Origin: Mobula hypostoma
Taxonomy: Eukaryota
NCBI RefSeq assembly: GCF_963921235.1
Contig: NC_086097.1
Location: 7,502,001-7,566,000 of the forward strand
Length of the DNA: 64,000 bases
Reading direction: 5' to 3'
Shown: positions 61,549-64,000 of the stretch, piece by piece
Layout: each line of letters begins with the position of its first letter
Position numbering within the stretch: position 1 is the stretch's first letter
Made by a program: the position numbers and the translations under genes
The notes under the pieces: model-generated
Seen by the model: the letters and a program-made list of their open reading frames with translations, nothing else
Database searches by the model: none
What the model was told of the DNA's origin: nothing

Positions 61549-62092
61549 AGGAAAGATGTCAACACAGTTCTGGTCACCGAATTACAGGAAAGATGTCAAC
61601 AAAATAGAGAGAGAACAGGAATTACTGGAATGTTACCTGGATTTCAGCACCTAAGTTACAGAGAAAGGTTGAACAAGTTGAGTCTTTATTCTTTGGAGCG
61701 TAGAAGGTTGAGGGGGGACTTGATAGAGGTATTTAAAATTATGAGGGGGATAGATAGAGTTGACGTGGATAGGCTTTTTCCATTGAGAATGGGGGAGATT
61801 CAAACAAGAGGACGTGAGTTGAGAGTTAAAGGGCAAAAGTTTAGGGGTAACATGAGGGGGAACTTCTTTACTCAGAGAGTGGTAGCTGTGTGGAATGAGC
61901 TTCCAGCAGAAGTGGTTGAGGCAGGTTCGATGTTGTCATTTAAAGTAAAATTGGATAGCTATATGGACAGGAAAGCAATGGAGGGTTATGGGCTGTGTGC
62001 AGGTCGGTGAGACTAGGTGAGAGTAAGCATTCGGCACAGACTAGAAGGGCCGAGATGGCCTGTTTCCACGCTGTAATTGTTATATGGTTATA
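61549..62092 (+). mobile_element. CR1 LINE, 3' end, nested in a minus-strand Rex1-like element (about 61385..62430)
   Basis: ORF 61630..62010 (SLERRRLRGDLIEVFKIM..FFTQRVVAVWNELP). Confidence 0.92.
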
Positions 62093-62921
62093 TTTCAAAA
62101 AGGGAGCAAAATAAATAGTGAGGTAGTGTACATGGGTTTATTGTTCTTTCAGAAATCTGGTGGCAGAGGGGAAGAAGCTGTTCCTAAAATGTTGAATGTG
62201 TGTCTCCAGGCATCTGTACCTTCTCTTTGATGGTAGCAATCAGAAGAGGGCATGGCTTGGGTGATGAGGGTCTTTAACGGTGGATGTCACCATTTTGAGA
62301 CATCACCTATGGAAGGTATCTTCCATGATGGAGCTGGCTGTGCTTACAACTTCCTGCAGTTTTTTCTAATCCTGTGCAATGGCCCCTCCATACCGAATGA
62401 TGATGCAACCAGTTAGACTGCTCTGCATGGACTTGTGAACTGTCGGGTGATGTAAGCTACCTTTGTAGATCCAAATTAAGTGAGACAAATTCAGTAAGTG
62501 TCTTCTGAGCTCCACCCAAACTACGGTTCCCTTATAAAATCCCTCATAATTTAGATATCACCATAGTTCCTAGAACATTCAGAAAGTCGTCAGTTGGTTA
62601 CATACGGACTTCCATAAAGATACCCTCACATTTTCTATTCTTTTTAGGAAAATGCTGGAATTATTTAGCAGTTCAGGCTATATCTATGGAGAAACAAAGA
62701 AAGATAATGTTTCCAGTTAACATACAAACATGGTGAAGGAACTCAGCAGGTCAGGCTATATCTATGGAATGGAACAAAGAACTGATCATTAGAGTTGAGA
62801 TTCTAGATTTCTAGTATCTGCAGAAGCTCTTGTATTTATAATATTTCAGGTTGATAGCTCTTTATCAGAAAAAAGAAATCTGGAGAATGCTCAATTTGAA
62901 CTGTTAACTCTCTCCAGAAAT

Positions 62922-63045
62922 CACAAACATGAGAAAATCTGCAGATGCTGGAAATTATGAAGGTTCTCGGCCCAGAACGTCGACTGTTTACTCTTTTCCA
63001 TAGATGCTGCCTGGCCTGCTGAGTTCCCCCAACGTTTTGTGTGTA
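62922..63045. mobile_element. Short PLE-terminus insertion with inverted end
   Basis: Minus pLTR end joined to a plus pLTR piece; imperfect flanking repeat tctctccagaaat / tctctctaaaaat. Confidence 0.6.
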
Positions 63046-63376
63046 TCTCTCTAAAAATACTGTCTAACCTACTGTACACCCAGCATTCCATGGATAATTA
63101 ATAGGCCAGATTCTGCTCCCATATGGTCTTATTTCTTGTTTTTATTTCATATTACCAACAACAAAGTACATATTTATTTAAAGATGCAGCACATAGCAGG
63201 CCCTTTTATCCCAACAAACCACACCACCCAGCAATCCACCTGTTTTAAACCTGGCCTAGTCGTAGGCCAATTTCCAGTGACCAATTACCAACTAATCAGT
63301 AAATCATTTCCCTTTTCTGTATACACTTGTCTTAAATGCATCCCTGCTTATTCCTTATTTATTTGCAGCTGTGTAC

Positions 63377-64000
63377 ATACATCTATTGATACTTCTGGAC
63401 ACATCTTCAGTGATGTTCCTGGAATCATCGGGTGTTTCGAGTCTTTCAACATCATACAACCTCCTCCAGGTGACCCAGCCGGGGCTGATCAGACCCCAGC
63501 TTGTGTCCAGATGGCTAGCTACTTATGACTCCATGGCTCCCCTTTTTTGAGCCACAGCCATCTTGAGGCCCTCTCTGCCGGATCGGTGGTACTGTGGATG
63601 GCTCTCCTCTTCCTCTCCCCCTCGATGCCCAAAATTCTGAAGGCTCTAACTAAGGAACGGGCTGCAAATTCCCTACAACCAGCCTCCACTGGGAGACACC
63701 TCGCTCTCCAACCAGCCTGCTGACAGTTGCTGACCAGTCCTGCGTACTTGGAGAGCTTCCTTTCAAAGGCCTCTTCCAAGTGATCTTCCCATGGGACTGT
63801 CAGCTCCAGCAGCACCACTTGCTTAGTAGACTCAGACACTAGGACAATGTTTGGTCGCAGGGTGGTGGCTGTGATATGGTTGGGGAACTTCAGCTGCCCT
63901 TCGAGGTCCACCAACAGCTGCCAGTCTCTTGCAGAGGTCAGAATACCTGCAGATGTTCTTTTGGCAGGTATTGGCTGCTCCCCAGCTCTGACAAAGGTCA
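63377..64000 (-). mobile_element. HERO-like (R2-group) non-LTR retrotransposon, 3' end
   Basis: REL endonuclease coding region plus about 140 nt of structured 3' UTR; runs off the window edge. Confidence 0.85.
63519..63998 (-). CDS. C-terminal restriction-like endonuclease (REL) domain of a HERO-like retrotransposon, partial
   Basis: Frame open from the window edge: FVRAGEQP..ARDWQLLVDLE..TLRPNIVL..LLELTVPWE..ERKLSKY..AERASRWLWLK. Confidence 0.8.
   Translation of the reverse strand, partial: TFVRAGEQPIPAKRTSAGILTSARDWQLLVDLEGQLKFPNHITATTLRPNIVLVSESTKQVVLLELTVPWEDHLEEAFERKLSKYAGLVSNCQQAGWRARCLPVEAGCREFAARSLVRAFRILGIEGERKRRAIHSTTDPAERASRWLWLKKGEPWSHK

Noticed and set aside
63430..63470. Hammerhead in the HERO 3' UTR (tatgatgttgaaagactcgaaacaccc on the minus strand)
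   Set aside because: It lacks CUGANGA and stem I, so the resemblance is superficial.
1..64000. CRISPR array, operon or other prokaryotic system
   Set aside because: There are no regularly spaced repeat-spacer units and no gene-dense regions. The content is that of vertebrate intronic or intergenic DNA.

Overview
This is vertebrate genomic DNA, most likely from a cartilaginous fish (shark or ray). That is inferred from the repeat content: HER1/CR1-type LINEs together with HE1-like V-SINEs. Well over half of the window is decayed, often nested retroelements. These comprise CR1 LINEs (one near full length, with a zinc-finger/esterase ORF1), Rex1/Babar-like LINE fragments, Penelope-like elements (PLEs), several SINE families, a non-autonomous RTE derivative, Tc1-type MITEs, an L1-like 3' end, and the REL-endonuclease end of a HERO-like element at the right edge. 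No intact host gene, rRNA, real tRNA or CRISPR array is visible, and nearly all ORF-track entries are TE remnants or chance ORFs. The most interesting signal is about a dozen copies of a minimal type I hammerhead ribozyme motif in the PLE terminal repeats. Related PLE-terminus pieces of 130-350 bp, some carrying the motif, occur as TSD-flanked insertions with inverted ends. A few TE-free islands hold weak candidate exons or possible conserved non-coding elements. Repeat boundaries were read by eye and are approximate, and family names come from motif recognition, not database searches.
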